DNA from: a virus
DNA length: 64,000 nucleotides
Direction: 5' to 3' (one strand)
Virus record (IMG/VR): IMGVR_UViG_3300033802_000463
Location: 32,001 to 96,000 of that record
How positions within the stretch are numbered: position 1 is the first letter of the stretch; every line of letters starts with the position of its first letter. This document shows positions 18,585 to 31,300 of this stretch, one piece after another. Both the position numbers and the translations under genes were made by a program. The notes beneath the pieces are model-generated. The model worked only from the letters and a program-made list of their open reading frames with translations. It ran no database searches and was not told the origin of the DNA.

Positions 18585-19276
18585 ATGTCACTCACTTTCT
18601 TAATAGACTTGAACTGTGTTTTATCAATTACAGCAGACAACACCGTTCCTGTTCCCACTGCCCCTTCGTTTGTCATGGCGCTGGTGTATCTTGTCTTAAA
18701 CTTGAGTTGTCCATCAGCTACCAGCTTGTCATCCAGAGTGAATGTATTTTGTGGATCTTGGTTGTTGAAATCAAGATTTGTTGCTTCCCCTGGCCCTGCC
18801 TGCGCAGATAAAGATGCACGGATCTTCACGTATCTTGCTTGTGGAGGAGTAGTTGGATCAAGAGATTCATAGTTTGTGAAAGACATTCCATCTTGAGATG
18901 AAGCCACTTCAAGAGAAATATCTGTCGTTGGCGTAGCGATTTGTTTCACTACATCCACTAAGCTTGTATTAATCCATCCTTCTCCTAAATCAATAATAGG
19001 AGATTCCCATGTGCCTGATGTGGCGTAAGCATTTGTTCCAAAAGCTTTTAATTGTATCTTTCCACCGGCCACTTCCGTATTGGTGAATGTACCAATTGTC
19101 AGATCTAGCTGTTTACTGCTTGTCGCTTTAATCTTGCCGGCCTGCGCCTCCAGCCAATCCAACCGTGCATCGACGGTTGGAAAACGCCCCTCTGCTTTTG
19201 GTGCTACGACATTGATATCAAGGTCTTTAGTTTTATTCAATGCTTGCGAGGCTTTTCCCAAGGAAATAACATCCAT
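18581..19276 (-). CDS. Tail-fibre/RBP adaptor-like protein, MDVIS-family paralog 1
   Basis: MDVISLGKAS N-terminus, GTWESPIIDLG, RYVKIRASL. Confidence 0.7.
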   Translation of the reverse strand: MDVISLGKASQALNKTKDLDINVVAPKAEGRFPTVDARLDWLEAQAGKIKATSSKQLDLTIGTFTNTEVAGGKIQLKAFGTNAYATSGTWESPIIDLGEGWINTSLVDVVKQIATPTTDISLEVASSQDGMSFTNYESLDPTTPPQARYVKIRASLSAQAGPGEATNLDFNNQDPQNTFTLDDKLVADGQLKFKTRYTSAMTNEGAVGTGTVLSAVIDKTQFKSIKKVSDI

Positions 19277-19291
19277 GACTGTTCACCTTCC

Positions 19292-19783
19292 TTAGTCGAT
19301 TGTAGTGATCGTAGCAACCCCTGTAATATTTCCTGTTTCCAAATCGTAGGAGTAATCTTTGCGAATCGTCACGTTTTTGCCGTCCTGCACAAATTTCTTT
19401 TCTGAATAGCTCAGGATCCCGTTTTCCGGATCCGTATATACGTAGTCCACCGTATATTCGACATCACCCGTTACAATTTGCTTGATTACATTGCCGTTCG
19501 TATCGTATTGGTATGTTTCATTGAAATTGCCCTGCTCGGTCAACCCGACCAGGAGCTGCTTAATGGATTGAATTTCTTCCGTGTGAGAGTCGATAATGCC
19601 ATTGTTTCCGTCCACGCGGCCGATCAATTCTTCGAGCTGCTGGCTTATATCTTGAATGGATTGATCGATGGAGTTCAGTCGCTCTGGCAAGTTGGCTTTT
19701 GTTCCCTTCGAGTTTTCCAAATCGGTGATCAGCTGCTGCAGTTCGAATCCAAGGTCTTCTTTCAAAATTTTCGTGAGTGACAT
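19292..19783 (-). CDS. Coiled-coil tail-fibre-associated protein
   Basis: Heptad-rich N-half plus beta-rich C-half (YQYDTNGNVIKQ). GGAGG RBS before MSLTK. Confidence 0.6.
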   Translation of the reverse strand: MSLTKILKEDLGFELQQLITDLENSKGTKANLPERLNSIDQSIQDISQQLEELIGRVDGNNGIIDSHTEEIQSIKQLLVGLTEQGNFNETYQYDTNGNVIKQIVTGDVEYTVDYVYTDPENGILSYSEKKFVQDGKNVTIRKDYSYDLETGNITGVATITTID

Positions 19784-19798
19784 GACAGGTTCCTCCAA

Positions 19799-20650
19799 TC
19801 AAAGGATCTCAATATGTGATGGAACAATCAGTTCATCGTTAAATATGTCTTGATTTGTCAGCAGTGCCGGCTGGTCGTTCAAGTAAAATTTGAGTACACT
19901 GAAGTCAACGATCTTTGTATTTGCATTCATGATTTCTTGAACAAGATCATGGTAGATAAATCCTTGTCCTAATTCAAACTTGCCGAAATATTGATACAGG
20001 TTTGTTTTGACATCCAATCTCGCTTTGTCTTTTTCGGCTGTTGTCGCCGACTCGTGAAACACAAGCTGTATGCGCAGCTCAAGCGGAATTTGGTTTGGCA
20101 GCATGATAAGCGGCCGGATCCCGTACCCTTTGACCTTTTGCACCTCTTGCTCGACGCTTTCTTTCACCAAATTGGAGTCATAACCGTACTGCGGGATCAC
20201 AATGAAACTAAAACTTCCTGTCCCTTGTGTATATTCAGATCCAATCACATCAACGACACCTGGGACCGCGAGACATGCAATGCGAAGCGCATGATAATTG
20301 GCATTCGCCGCGGTGAGTACCCTCTGCGAAATCTCATAACGGTATGTCTCATCATCTAATGGAGCGGTTGTGGTTTCGCCGGTTTTTGCATCATAATGCG
20401 TTACATTGCGTCTTGGATAACTGAAGAGCGCCCCAATCAGATCCAGGTATTCGTCCGATGCTTTACTCAAGAATCCTGCATTCACAATCATTTCTCCGTA
20501 ATCATACAGCCTCGGGAACTCTGGGCCAATCGCTTCAACAATCGATCGAGCAATGGCGCCGGCGCGAAAATTGGTAATCGGAGTATGATCCTTCAAGTGC
20601 TGAAAGGCATCGGCCAGAATCTCATTAACAGATCGTTTTAATAATGGCAT
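19799..20650 (-). CDS. Baseplate J-like wedge protein
   Basis: TNFRAGAIARSIVEA, A..EYLDLIG, DDETYRYEI, ACLAVPGVVDV are baseplate J/gp47-like motifs. Confidence 0.8.
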   Translation of the reverse strand: MPLLKRSVNEILADAFQHLKDHTPITNFRAGAIARSIVEAIGPEFPRLYDYGEMIVNAGFLSKASDEYLDLIGALFSYPRRNVTHYDAKTGETTTAPLDDETYRYEISQRVLTAANANYHALRIACLAVPGVVDVIGSEYTQGTGSFSFIVIPQYGYDSNLVKESVEQEVQKVKGYGIRPLIMLPNQIPLELRIQLVFHESATTAEKDKARLDVKTNLYQYFGKFELGQGFIYHDLVQEIMNANTKIVDFSVLKFYLNDQPALLTNQDIFNDELIVPSHIEIL

Positions 20651-20662
20651 GATCGCACCTCC

Positions 20663-21079
20663 TTAGAGGTTAAGATTATTTTTTACGACAATCGGCTTGT
20701 TTTCGCCGGCATTGAGAAAGGTATAGTAATCAATCTGATAAATATTCACAGGGACAGGCCGGATCTCAAGATCTTGCGGCTGGAAGCGGCCGTCATACGT
20801 TAAAGTCTCCATGATTTGGGCTACGCCTTTCATGGCCGTTTCCCGTGTGTTCGGCTCGCCCTCCAAAAGCTCCAGGTCTCCTCCGATTTTCGGATGGCTG
20901 CGCCAATCCGTCGTTTGAGTGCGGATACGATTATTCAGATCCTGGCGTGCCGATTCATATTCACCGGTAAGCCGAAAATCAACCAATCCTTCACCATCTG
21001 CGGGGCCGAGATCGAAATCTCCTTCTTTTTCTCCATAAAAAGCGATATCTGTTTCATCATACTTTGGCATCACTTCCAC
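20663..21079 (-). CDS. gp25-like baseplate wedge/sheath initiator protein
   Basis: ARQDLNNRIRT...W..HP.IG..L..L.G......I...L..D.R. Directly upstream of the baseplate J gene. Likely start 21070 (MPKYD). Confidence 0.75.
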   Translation of the reverse strand: MEVMPKYDETDIAFYGEKEGDFDLGPADGEGLVDFRLTGEYESARQDLNNRIRTQTTDWRSHPKIGGDLELLEGEPNTRETAMKGVAQIMETLTYDGRFQPQDLEIRPVPVNIYQIDYYTFLNAGENKPIVVKNNLNL

Positions 21080-21416
21080 CTCCGATCATATCCAAAACGG
21101 CTTTATAGTCATCATTTATTGGATCAAAAGGTTGCTTCTCAATGTCGTCAATAACTTGAAAGTTTTTGCAAACAAACTGAATGTTTGGCGCATAAACGGA
21201 GAACATCATACGGGACGGATCCATACGAAATCCGAGATGATAATAAGCAAATGCTTCAAGCACGCCGCTGTCCCGAGCTAAAAGTCCAGCTCCTGAAACC
21301 TTATTAATGAGTCCAATGTCATGCGTTTTCGCTTCATTTGATGCCCTCAGCATGTCATCAATGTTCTGCTCGATAGGAAACATGATGTTATTCAGCTGAT
21401 CCATCCATTTCGCCAT
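21057..21416 (-). CDS. Hypothetical baseplate-region protein (~119 aa)
   Basis: GGAGGAG RBS before MAKWM. Tight overlap with neighbouring genes. Confidence 0.6.
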   Translation of the reverse strand: MAKWMDQLNNIMFPIEQNIDDMLRASNEAKTHDIGLINKVSGAGLLARDSGVLEAFAYYHLGFRMDPSRMMFSVYAPNIQFVCKNFQVIDDIEKQPFDPINDDYKAVLDMIGGGSDAKV

Positions 21417-21525
21417 CTTCCTGCTCCTCCAATTGGGCTTCTGTGGCCATGCAATCTGGACAAAATGATTCATTGCAACAAGGACATTGAACAAGAAATG
21501 TATGACATTCCGGACACTTATTCAT
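21388..21525 (-). CDS. Small Cys-rich zinc-binding protein (45 aa)
   Basis: AGGAGAG RBS. MNKCPECHTFLVQCPCCNESFCPDC followed by an acidic tail. Confidence 0.6.
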   Translation of the reverse strand: MNKCPECHTFLVQCPCCNESFCPDCMATEAQLEEQEDGEMDGSAE

Positions 21526-21536
21526 AACTCTCTCTC

Positions 21537-21932
21537 CTAGAAATGAAATAATTCCTTCAGAAACGAGCTCACGCCATATCGCAAGTCGTTCCAAAACATG
21601 GTCAACTGTGAAGGATCACGATAAAACGCAGTTACGATCGGTTGCTTTTTGTCGCCGCCGATAAATTGCACCCACACGCGATCATTCACCGAAAGACCAT
21701 GATCGATGATGCCTTGGCTGTAGACAAAACACGGGACATTTTTGTAGGTTGTCACCTGCTGTCCAGTTCGTACCTCCACATCCACCGTATGGCGGAGTGC
21801 CGGATCAACAAAATGACTTTCTCCATAATAAGCCGTTACATATCCAATAAGTCCCGGGGAGCTCAAATCAAGAGCTCCCTCAATACCTTGCTTTGCTATT
21901 TTCCGACTAATTTCACTTTGCTCATATGCCAT
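21537..21932 (-). CDS. Baseplate spike-like OB-fold protein (gp5/gpV N-terminal-like)
   Basis: IGYVTAY...TVDVEV...YKNVPC...G......VNDRVWVQFIGGD...PIV. Follows the hub gene. Confidence 0.65.
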   Translation of the reverse strand: MAYEQSEISRKIAKQGIEGALDLSSPGLIGYVTAYYGESHFVDPALRHTVDVEVRTGQQVTTYKNVPCFVYSQGIIDHGLSVNDRVWVQFIGGDKKQPIVTAFYRDPSQLTMFWNDLRYGVSSFLKELFHF

Positions 21933-21945
21933 GCTTACCCACTCC

Positions 21946-24900
21946 TCATGTCGGGTAACTGATGTGAATGTGGTTGTAATGGTCGCTTCGGACAATGAAG
22001 GTCTTTCCTGGATATTTAGCTCGCATCCTGTTCAGGATATCGCTGTCGGCATGAATGATGCCGTCAAATCCAATCTGAGCTGCCAGGTCAATAATGGTTT
22101 CTACCATTTCTCGATCCGCGTTATTGACAAATCGAAGCTTTCCGGCAATGACTTGCATATCAGGCGTATCGATATCAAAGGCAAATCCCGTGTTATGCCA
22201 ACTCAACGAGCTGCCATCTTGTCTTCGATAGGTGGAAGTGATGAGCAGCTTCTTTCCTGTTCTTGCTGTGTACGCCAATCCCAGCTGCTGCAGCAAATCC
22301 GCTGTCGCTTTACGAATCAGCGGCGCCTGCATAATGGGTTGATAGAAGTTCACACTGGTTACAGTATTGGTGCTGACAAGTACGCTGCTTGCTTGCTGAG
22401 GTGTGAGCAAATATTTTCGTTTCCCTGCTTCGCTCCGATCCGTCGGCACTTCCGAATTGGTGATTACTTTCGAAACAGAAGGCATTTTGAAGTTCGGATC
22501 GTGCTTTGCGATTTGAGCCATGATGTTGGCGATTTTCTTATGCCATTGCTTGTCGCTTGCATACTTGACATTCATGCCGACAAGTGTTGGGCCATTGTAA
22601 TATTTTCCGCCAGGCGTCAAATAATTTTCTTTGATTTTGTTCGCTGCATAGTAGATGCAATCTTGAACGGAAGCAAATCGATACGCGCTGTTATACGGAT
22701 CGCGATCGTAGGCTCCATAACCAAACAGGTTATTTTTATCCTTGAAGATCCGCGAAGTCCCCCATCCTGTTTCTAACGCCGCATGAGCAGCCAAGTACAG
22801 ACCATTCATGACATTCTCTCCGTTTGCACTTCCTTCAATCATCAACGGAGATGGCGGAGATGGGATAGAAATTTCAACTTGCTTAAAGTATTTTCCAAGG
22901 CCGGCAAGCCCAGTTCCCTGGAATGCAGCATCAATCGCTTCCGCAGAAATGCCGCTAGGTTTGTTCAAATCCATATTTTCAAAGCTATTTCCAACAACGC
23001 CATACCCACTGCCATTATTTATGGCCTCTGTCAACTCTTCACCGGTGATCAATGAGCGGCGTTCTTCGTATATGGGTTTTCGTGCGGCATCCTTTTCCTG
23101 ACGTTCCAGATGTCCCTTCCATTGCCTTCGAGCTTCTTCAACTTCGAAATTGTAGATTCGAATTGCTTCAGGATCTGGGATCACCTTGTAGCGATGCTTT
23201 TCAAAAAAGCTTGCAGCCAGTTTTGAAAAGTCAATGGGACTGTTGTTATTGTTTTGCATGAGCATATCACCTTCATTGGTGATCGGCGCATATTGCGTCG
23301 TATCCGCGCCCAGGAAGCCGGCAAGAATAGCTCCCACTACATTGTTGGTTAATACGCGCTGCCAGAAGTCTGGTGAGTCACCAATGACAGATCCCATATG
23401 TCCATTGATCCCTGCAGAAAACTCCATTCCATCTTTTCGAAGAACGGCGATGATGCAAGCCTTTCTTGTAAACAAGAACCGCTCAATTAATTCGCTAATC
23501 GAAGCGCAGACGATTTCAACAATCGCAGTTTCGATCAGGAAGGCGGCAATACCTACGGGTCCGCCAAATATCGCCAGAGCACCGCTTGCGGCTTGCCAAC
23601 CGCGTCTTCCCCATTTTGCTGCCTTGGCAGTAACTTTGAAGCCGCGGTTCATGAAATTGCTCGCGCCAACCTTTAACTTTGCCAACTTGGCAGGGTCAAT
23701 TTTATGATAACCCATAAAACGTTTATCGTACAAAGTTTTATCCAAGTTATCAAATAGGGCGATGATATCTTTTTCTGAGAAATTCTCGATTTTAGAAGCA
23801 ATATCCTTCAATATTCCGCTTTTTGTCCAGCGATTCTTCATTTCGTTCGTAACAGGATCGTAACGCCTTACTTCTTTGGATATTGGGTCGATTTCAATGC
23901 GTCCGCCCTTTGTATCGATGGTTCGCGTTTGTTTGAGCTCTTTTCCGGCGCTTTGACTCCATTCTTTGATAATGGAACCGACCTTTGTGGCATTAAACTT
24001 GCCTAACAGAGCATCATATCTGCGTTTAACGACCGCCCAAATCGCATTCATGATTGGGAATGCGCCTTTGTATCCCATGTTTCGCAGCACTGCGCGCAGT
24101 GTATATGACAAGATCATGTATGTGGCTACATGCATCAAGCTTTGAAGCATGGTCATGACGTGACGATCGTAATTAACCACTACGGCGTCCGGCTTAATCA
24201 TCGTAATGAATCCTGTTTCAAAGTTGAACAAATGATTGACTTCCCGCACTTCAATCGGACCATTCATGTTATGGAATGTGTCTTGGAAGTAGCAAATATC
24301 GTGCGGCTTCACAGAAGGATCGCCGGTAACGGTCAGATAGCCGTCATACATTTGTTTTACAAAATCTCTGAGCCCCGCAGCAGCAATTTTAATGGCAACT
24401 TTCTCATCGAAGTACCACTTTGGAAGCTTGTTTAAGAAATGACCGACAAGCGGAATATGCTCGATCAATCGGATGCCTTGTGCGTTTAGCTGCGTATCGA
24501 TCTGCACAGTTCGCTGAAGCTCCGGCCAAATATTCGTATCCACGTAAATGCCTTCTGTTGTATCCAGATTGCCTTCGTTGCTGTAAACACCAACGGCTAC
24601 CGTGTACATGTTTTCAGTTGTGGCAATGATTTGATTCTCCAAAATCGATGTCCAGCTATCATAAATATGATACTGTCTAAACGGTTTGGAGAGCGTTACA
24701 AAATCGTAATGAGATGATTTTGCATCTTGCAAGCCATTGCCTCCGATAGCTTGGTATCCGTATGCAAGTGGAAAGTATGGCTTGCCCATAAATATGGTGT
24801 TTCGGAAATCGAAAGGATGAACAGCCAAAATAAAGTCTTCGCCGATCGCCGCACATACGCTGAGGACATCCCATACGGTTTTATCATACAGATTGATATT

Positions 24901-27900
24901 GATTCCTACTTCGTCGCCTTCCCCAATGCCAAAGAAGTTGCCAAGCTTGTTCCAAAAGCTGTTGGCTTCATCTCGAAGCAAGCCGGTTGTCTTATAAATG
25001 TTTTGTGTGATTTCATTTCGCTGCCGGTCTTCAAAAGCACCATTGAAATTGATCGCATTATGATTGATTGGCGGGCCCGGCATGCCAAAATGCATGATCC
25101 CCAAAGAGTGCTGCTGATAATCGGCATTGCTCCATGCTTTGGAGAGATCGGACCAGAAACCGGTATGATCAGTCAGGATCTCATCAATGATTTCCGTTGG
25201 TTCTTTTTTGCTGAAGACCCATCCGCGCGTAGTATCGCCAGGCGATGCTTTTAACTTGTTGGTAAGCTCAATACCGTCATCCTGACAGATGACCGTAATT
25301 GTTTCTCCGTTATTCTGCAGCTGCGTAATGACGCCATTCATGATGGTTGGCATATTGGCCGCGTTTGAACCATATCCCATCCGGAAGTGAACTCTGGCGC
25401 CAGTGCGCAAATAAATCGAATTGTACCAGTTCGGATTGCGTCCGCGGCGCGATTTCTCAATCTCACGAGCCAGAGATGAAGGATTGAACATTAATTGTAC
25501 AATGTCCCATCCGTTGGTATTTGTAAGATCCATGCTTTTCATAGCATCATCCAAGTTGCCGAATACATTGGACATCTCCAATACAAGGGTGCTCGAAGCC
25601 GTCTTTCTGCTGTTTGTATACATAATGTCGGTGACCGCCCGATAATTAAAGTAATTATCGGACATCTTTGTGGCCGCCACATACTGCCCTTCGTCAACAA
25701 ACAGAAGCAAGAAAGTCGGAAACGCCCGCACAAGTCGGCCGCGGCGGTCATACTTGCGCATATCATGGAAGCTTTCCCGAAAGATCTTGTCAAAATCTCG
25801 GTATTCCTTCTCTGTCAGCTGCGAGTCCGTGAAAGTCGGCGTATCACTGTTCATGTTGATCGTCTTGTAATCCGGAACTGGAAGCTTGCTGTATTTTTGC
25901 GCAATCTGCACGTCCGTCCACTTGTCGATCTTATCAACCTCATTGAGCACGGATTTGATGATCTGCGAAACAAGATACGGCATCTTCTTGTTGCTGTTTA
26001 AGAGCAAATTGTATTCCCGCTCATAACCGAGGTACATCGAGATTGCGCCGACCCAAATGGCTTTTTGTTTTTGCTCCGGCTTTAGATCAAAAGCAGTAAA
26101 TACGTAATCATTGACCAGGTTTGCGCCTTGTACGATATCAAGATAATGCTGCATCAACTTGCAGCCTTGTTCCACATTGTATTCGATGTTTCGCGCCAGG
26201 CTATTCGGATCACCCATGAGCGGACTTACGCGCATCACGCCGATATAGGATGCATTCCGAAGGAAGTTGGCATCCCTAAAGTAACGCATGTCTTGCATCT
26301 GCATGACAGGTATTCCAATCTCTGTAACTTCGATTCCTCCAAGCTCTTTGTTGGCGCCCGGACCCACTTCATAAAATTGACGGAGCTTGGGGTCAAAAGC
26401 TCTGGCCAATGCTAACATGAGAGCTTGATCCACTCTGGGAGCCGTAAGATCCGATTGTTCATTGGACACATCTTGTGCTTTTTTCCGGATCAAGGTCTCC
26501 ATGTCCTGAACAGACAAGTTGGCCACATCGACCGATTGAGGAACCGGTGTGGCGACAACAGGATTCTGTTGCTGCTGTTTGATTTCTTCGATATTATCGA
26601 GAACTTGCTGATCCGGATTTATGGATCCCGGAATAACCGTAGCCTTTCCATTCATCGAATCGCGCCACTCTGATGGAAGGGTAGAGTTTTCGGACAGATA
26701 GCGATCAAGCTCACTGCCAAAGTCTATCGGATCATCGTAGATGAGGAAAAAGTCCGGATCCACATATTCTCCATCATTCAAGTTTGGAATCTCAAACCCC
26801 GCTTCCCTGACTTCTTTATAAGTAGGAAGCTCTAAATCCGGATAGAGTTCAATCATAGACATAAGCTCTTTGATTTTTGATTCATAGATGGCGCGCTTTT
26901 GCCAATCCTGGTCGCTCATGAAATCAGCCAAACCAGCAAAGAAATCGGCATTGCGAATGAAAGGCTTGTCAAAAATATCCCACCATTGGTAGTTGCTGAG
27001 CTCAAACGGAATCGTCTTGTTGTTGGCCTTATCATAAAGCATTTGCACTTCTTCAAGGCGCTTGGCGGCTCGGTTAAATGCAGAGAGCGTCAGCGTGATT
27101 TCATGTACGCCTGGCATCCCTTCTACAGTCGTGGAAACCATATCTTCTACGACTACATACGTGCAGCCGAATAAACGTGTCAATTGATGATCGAACTGGA
27201 TGAATCCATTGGACAAGACTTGATGATACTCCCGATTCAGATATGTAGAGCGGCGAACCAAATTCTCCAGACTGGCAAGAGCTTCCGGATCATCCGTTCT
27301 GAAGCGGGCAATATACACTGCATCTTGGGAGCCCAAATATTGATGTGTTGGCGACTCATGGGCCTGCAGCTGGACTGACGTGATAATGTTTTGGTAGCCG
27401 ACGCTCAACTCTTCGAGTACAAGCCCCGGGATATCCCAGTTATCCATCCGGAACTCATAAGTTTGAAGCAGTTTGTAAATATCATCGGCGTACATGCTGT
27501 CGATTTCTTCATCGAACATAATTTGCTTCCATTCGTCAATCCAACCGGTTGGGATGCCGTCTTCATCTTTGCCGGCAGGACGCGGCACCGGAAAGATGCC
27601 GCCTATCCACATCCAGTCTTCTTCATCAAGTCCTGGCTTATCCTTTTTGTCATTGATCCATTTTTTAATGAGCGTGTTGCGCTTCTCGCGCCACTTCTTC
27701 ATCATTTGCAAATCTTCTTCGGCCACAATGCGAAACATGAAATCGTTATGCAGTTCAATTTGCAGCGGCTCGTAGAACAAGATGTTGCGTTTGGGATTTG
27801 GCTCCAGGCTGCGGCGATAATACCATCGGAACAATGGCCAGTTAAACATCTCCTCGAAGCTTCGCTCTGATTGATCAAAAATGTAAGAGAAGGGATTAAA

Positions 27901-28308
27901 AGCATACATCTGCAGCTGAACCATAAGGCAGTGCGGGAATCCTTTAATCGTCTGCACAGAGATGCCGGCGATCGTTACCGCCTCAATTTGATACGTATCA
28001 TTGAGCAGTTTATTGGATATCGGCAGAAATGGACATTTTCGCACTTGTGCGAGCAATGGCCGCAATTCATTATTAATGCTTTGCATGTTTGGGAAAAACA
28101 AATTGAGCTCAATAATATGATCAAAATATCCGGACGATTTCACCATGCTGCTTCGGCTGCGCAGCATGTTGATTTTTTCATTTTTCATCCGTTTGGTTAC
28201 GGTTATCGCGGTTGGCGGTATATAGAATTGAGAGTCTCCAATTCGCAAATGATGATCACGCAACGCCCCGTACAGGGCGTCGCGATCATCATATCCAAGA
28301 GTAGGCAT
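21946..28308 (-). CDS. Baseplate hub / tail-associated peptidoglycan hydrolase (2120 aa) with GH73 glucosaminidase and M15-type peptidase domains
   Basis: Hub-like [12 protein letters not shown]...NGVIT and [17 protein letters not shown]73 motifs [30 protein letters not shown]15 motifs ITSTYR..SWH..G.AFDI..HIHIS. Confidence 0.85.
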   Translation of the reverse strand: MPTLGYDDRDALYGALRDHHLRIGDSQFYIPPTAITVTKRMKNEKINMLRSRSSMVKSSGYFDHIIELNLFFPNMQSINNELRPLLAQVRKCPFLPISNKLLNDTYQIEAVTIAGISVQTIKGFPHCLMVQLQMYAFNPFSYIFDQSERSFEEMFNWPLFRWYYRRSLEPNPKRNILFYEPLQIELHNDFMFRIVAEEDLQMMKKWREKRNTLIKKWINDKKDKPGLDEEDWMWIGGIFPVPRPAGKDEDGIPTGWIDEWKQIMFDEEIDSMYADDIYKLLQTYEFRMDNWDIPGLVLEELSVGYQNIITSVQLQAHESPTHQYLGSQDAVYIARFRTDDPEALASLENLVRRSTYLNREYHQVLSNGFIQFDHQLTRLFGCTYVVVEDMVSTTVEGMPGVHEITLTLSAFNRAAKRLEEVQMLYDKANNKTIPFELSNYQWWDIFDKPFIRNADFFAGLADFMSDQDWQKRAIYESKIKELMSMIELYPDLELPTYKEVREAGFEIPNLNDGEYVDPDFFLIYDDPIDFGSELDRYLSENSTLPSEWRDSMNGKATVIPGSINPDQQVLDNIEEIKQQQQNPVVATPVPQSVDVANLSVQDMETLIRKKAQDVSNEQSDLTAPRVDQALMLALARAFDPKLRQFYEVGPGANKELGGIEVTEIGIPVMQMQDMRYFRDANFLRNASYIGVMRVSPLMGDPNSLARNIEYNVEQGCKLMQHYLDIVQGANLVNDYVFTAFDLKPEQKQKAIWVGAISMYLGYEREYNLLLNSNKKMPYLVSQIIKSVLNEVDKIDKWTDVQIAQKYSKLPVPDYKTINMNSDTPTFTDSQLTEKEYRDFDKIFRESFHDMRKYDRRGRLVRAFPTFLLLFVDEGQYVAATKMSDNYFNYRAVTDIMYTNSRKTASSTLVLEMSNVFGNLDDAMKSMDLTNTNGWDIVQLMFNPSSLAREIEKSRRGRNPNWYNSIYLRTGARVHFRMGYGSNAANMPTIMNGVITQLQNNGETITVICQDDGIELTNKLKASPGDTTRGWVFSKKEPTEIIDEILTDHTGFWSDLSKAWSNADYQQHSLGIMHFGMPGPPINHNAINFNGAFEDRQRNEITQNIYKTTGLLRDEANSFWNKLGNFFGIGEGDEVGININLYDKTVWDVLSVCAAIGEDFILAVHPFDFRNTIFMGKPYFPLAYGYQAIGGNGLQDAKSSHYDFVTLSKPFRQYHIYDSWTSILENQIIATTENMYTVAVGVYSNEGNLDTTEGIYVDTNIWPELQRTVQIDTQLNAQGIRLIEHIPLVGHFLNKLPKWYFDEKVAIKIAAAGLRDFVKQMYDGYLTVTGDPSVKPHDICYFQDTFHNMNGPIEVREVNHLFNFETGFITMIKPDAVVVNYDRHVMTMLQSLMHVATYMILSYTLRAVLRNMGYKGAFPIMNAIWAVVKRRYDALLGKFNATKVGSIIKEWSQSAGKELKQTRTIDTKGGRIEIDPISKEVRRYDPVTNEMKNRWTKSGILKDIASKIENFSEKDIIALFDNLDKTLYDKRFMGYHKIDPAKLAKLKVGASNFMNRGFKVTAKAAKWGRRGWQAASGALAIFGGPVGIAAFLIETAIVEIVCASISELIERFLFTRKACIIAVLRKDGMEFSAGINGHMGSVIGDSPDFWQRVLTNNVVGAILAGFLGADTTQYAPITNEGDMLMQNNNNSPIDFSKLAASFFEKHRYKVIPDPEAIRIYNFEVEEARRQWKGHLERQEKDAARKPIYEERRSLITGEELTEAINNGSGYGVVGNSFENMDLNKPSGISAEAIDAAFQGTGLAGLGKYFKQVEISIPSPPSPLMIEGSANGENVMNGLYLAAHAALETGWGTSRIFKDKNNLFGYGAYDRDPYNSAYRFASVQDCIYYAANKIKENYLTPGGKYYNGPTLVGMNVKYASDKQWHKKIANIMAQIAKHDPNFKMPSVSKVITNSEVPTDRSEAGKRKYLLTPQQASSVLVSTNTVTSVNFYQPIMQAPLIRKATADLLQQLGLAYTARTGKKLLITSTYRRQDGSSLSWHNTGFAFDIDTPDMQVIAGKLRFVNNADREMVETIIDLAAQIGFDGIIHADSDILNRMRAKYPGKTFIVRSDHYNHIHISYPT

Positions 28309-28320
28309 GGATTATCACTC

Positions 28321-31300
28321 CTAAGAGTATTGCTCAACTTTATCCCGATACCAAATCCGACTCAAATGGGCTGTATTGTCTGAATGATTCACGTTCATTT
28401 GCACTTTGCCGTTGTACCCGGATTGCTGCAGGGCTTGACCGATCATCGGACCAAAATTTTGAGACCCTTTTCCTTGAGCCGAAATGGTGATATTCGCTCC
28501 CGAAAATCCAGCGTCAATCGGCGTAATTGCAGGCATTGGCGTTCCGCCATACATCATCGATGCGTGCGCACGCGCCTGCTCTGCAGATTGGTAATCTGAA
28601 TTGTAAGGCATTACAGGCTCACTATCGTTAAGAGTATTGTACCCTATAATACCTGCAAGCGCTAGACCTCCAATAAGAGCAGCTTTCTTATTCCTTGGAC
28701 CATTTGGACCATTGAAGAATGCATCGAGTGATTGCGAGACTTTATTGTATGTTTTTGGTCCAAGCATTCCACCTGTTCCATCTTCAATGATTTCAGCAAT
28801 GGTGCCGGCCGGTCCCTCCAGCCGCTTGGCCATCATGGAATCCAATCCAGGTTCAAGCGGACTGACCTTTCGATATTCCGGCGTAATATCCATGGGCTCC
28901 GGATATTGAATATCAAGTCCCGCTTCTTCTCGAAGCAGTCGCTGCAAAAGCCCCATGTATTGATTGGTGCCTGTCATATCTGGATTCTTACCCATGATGG
29001 TATCGACAATCTTGGTTAATCCATGATCTGATAGCCTCATGCCGCGGCTTGTTCCCGCGCGAAGCTCGACATTCTTGAAGTCTTCCTTCATGCGCTTCAT
29101 GGCTTCTTGAAGATGGCCGGCAGCCATTTCCAAGTCATATTCTTTGGCAAAACGACCTTCAAAAAGCCGTTTGTCTATGTCGATTGCTTCCTTCCAGTTC
29201 CCATAACGAATAGCTTCCAGCAATTCCGAAGCACCGGATCGTGCCATGAGGACTTGACCAGTACCGTGTTTCGAGGAAATCGTGAGTTTCTGTTCTAAGC
29301 CCTCCCCGAGATTAAAGATCGCTTGTCTTGCCGCCTCATTGTCCGCATAGTAGTGGTTGGCAATTTGACGCATCATGTAGTTCAAGTCTGATGCTTGCCC
29401 AACCAACTCTTTACCGGATTTCGCAAGCATTTCATCAATTTGATTTGGAGCAATGGCCTCAATTCTTCCGGATTCGCCGGCTAAATCACGCAATCCGAAT
29501 CTGCGCTCTTTTTCTCCATCCACTGCTTTTTTCATGAATCCTTCGATATAATCAGATGGATATTCTTCGCTATTTGCCAGCGCGCGCTGATATGCCGCTT
29601 CGTGCCGTTGGCGCCGAGCATATTCTTCTGCTTTATATCGTTGCTCCAATTCTTCTTGAACTTTTTCATCATGTATCGCAAGCAGCTGATTGTAGTCGCC
29701 ATCCGAGTCAGCTGCAAGGAATTTGGCCAGAAGCGAAGTTACATGATGTTGCCCGGTGGCTACATTCTCGCTTACTTTCAGCCTGGCTACTTGTACAGCC
29801 TTATCTGTGAAAGTCGGATATCGCACATCGACCACATAGAAATCTTTTCCATTCACAATGTGATCGTAGACGCCAAGAGCCCTTGCTTCATCCGGAGAGA
29901 TAAAGACATGTTCGCCTCCGAGTTGACTTGATATCGATGTCGGCAAAACCTTCGTGAGACCCGATGAGGAGAATGGCATATTCGTCTTAAATACACTTTC
30001 TCCTGTTTGTCCTTTGGAAGCTGTCACATGCTTTACCAAACCTTCGACATAGCTGTTTACCGATCTCTGAAGCCTTTCCATGGCTCGCTGACGTTCGATA
30101 TCTGTGCCGGCCTTTCCAACCTCTGCTGCACGCCGATAAATATCAGCAATATGTTGCTGCATTTCACGCTTCCAGATCTCGTTCCCCTTTCCCTCATTTT
30201 TCATGAAGGGAACAAAGATGCGATTGATCTGTCTTCCATCCACATTGACCGTTAGCGGCGTTTTTTGACCACTGATTTCAGCATGCGGCAATTCCAGCCA
30301 GTATCCATGGTAATCGTTATCCTCGACCAGGCTTCGCAGATAGTCGTCATCCAGGATGGTGCCATAGATGGTCGCTCGGTTTGTATCTGTGGTCGGAAGC
30401 GGCAAGAGATCTCCCAATCGCACAGTCCGTTTTTCAAAATCCGGATCGACAGCTTGTTCTCCGTAGACAAGTCCGCGCAATGCATGCACCATGCTGATTG
30501 CTTCCTGGGCCCGGCCGGTTTCTCTGGCAGAAGTCTTCATGTGATTCCAGATATAATCAAATGTGTGATTATACCCTTTTTGTTTGAGCATTCCAAGTTC
30601 TCGGAACCCATACTTGACACCTTTTACTTCACCTTCGTTATACACGATGTTGACCATTCTGCCATCATCACTAATATCATAATTCAAGATGGCTTTTCGT
30701 TTTCCATCAACCATGGTGGAGTAGGTTTGAACTTGTGCTGCACGCATTGCCTGAATGCCCCATACAACGCCCTGTTCGGATGTCTCTGAAATGCCGAGCT
30801 GTTCAAACAGCTTGTAGAAATTCTCGACATTGATGGACCTGTATTTGTTTACCTTTGTGACATCAAGAAGTTCAACAGTTCCATCGGCGTTGATTGTGGC
30901 CTTCAAACCCACTCTTCCTCTGTTGATCATGGCCACGGCTCTTTTCTTGTCTTCTTCGCTCATCTGATCGACATAATATTTCAGCTTGTTTGCTTGCGCG
31001 CGCAAAGCGCCGCCAAAGTCTCTGTGTTTGGCAATATCAGGATTGTAAACCGCCCCGATGCCCTCTACACCAGTGAGCTCCTCCAAAAAGCGCTGGCCAT
31101 AGCCGAACTCTCCGTTCAATTGCCCGCCTCCGATGGTTGTTTTCTCAATATCGAAGGTGAATTTATTGGCCTGCTCTTTGTATTCAATGGCAAATGCATT
31201 GTCGCTCATTTCTGATGCGATTCGTCCGACGTGCCTCTGATCGTAGAACACATCTTCCCGGCGGCCGTCAATAATCCGGTATCCAAGTCGCTCACCCGGC

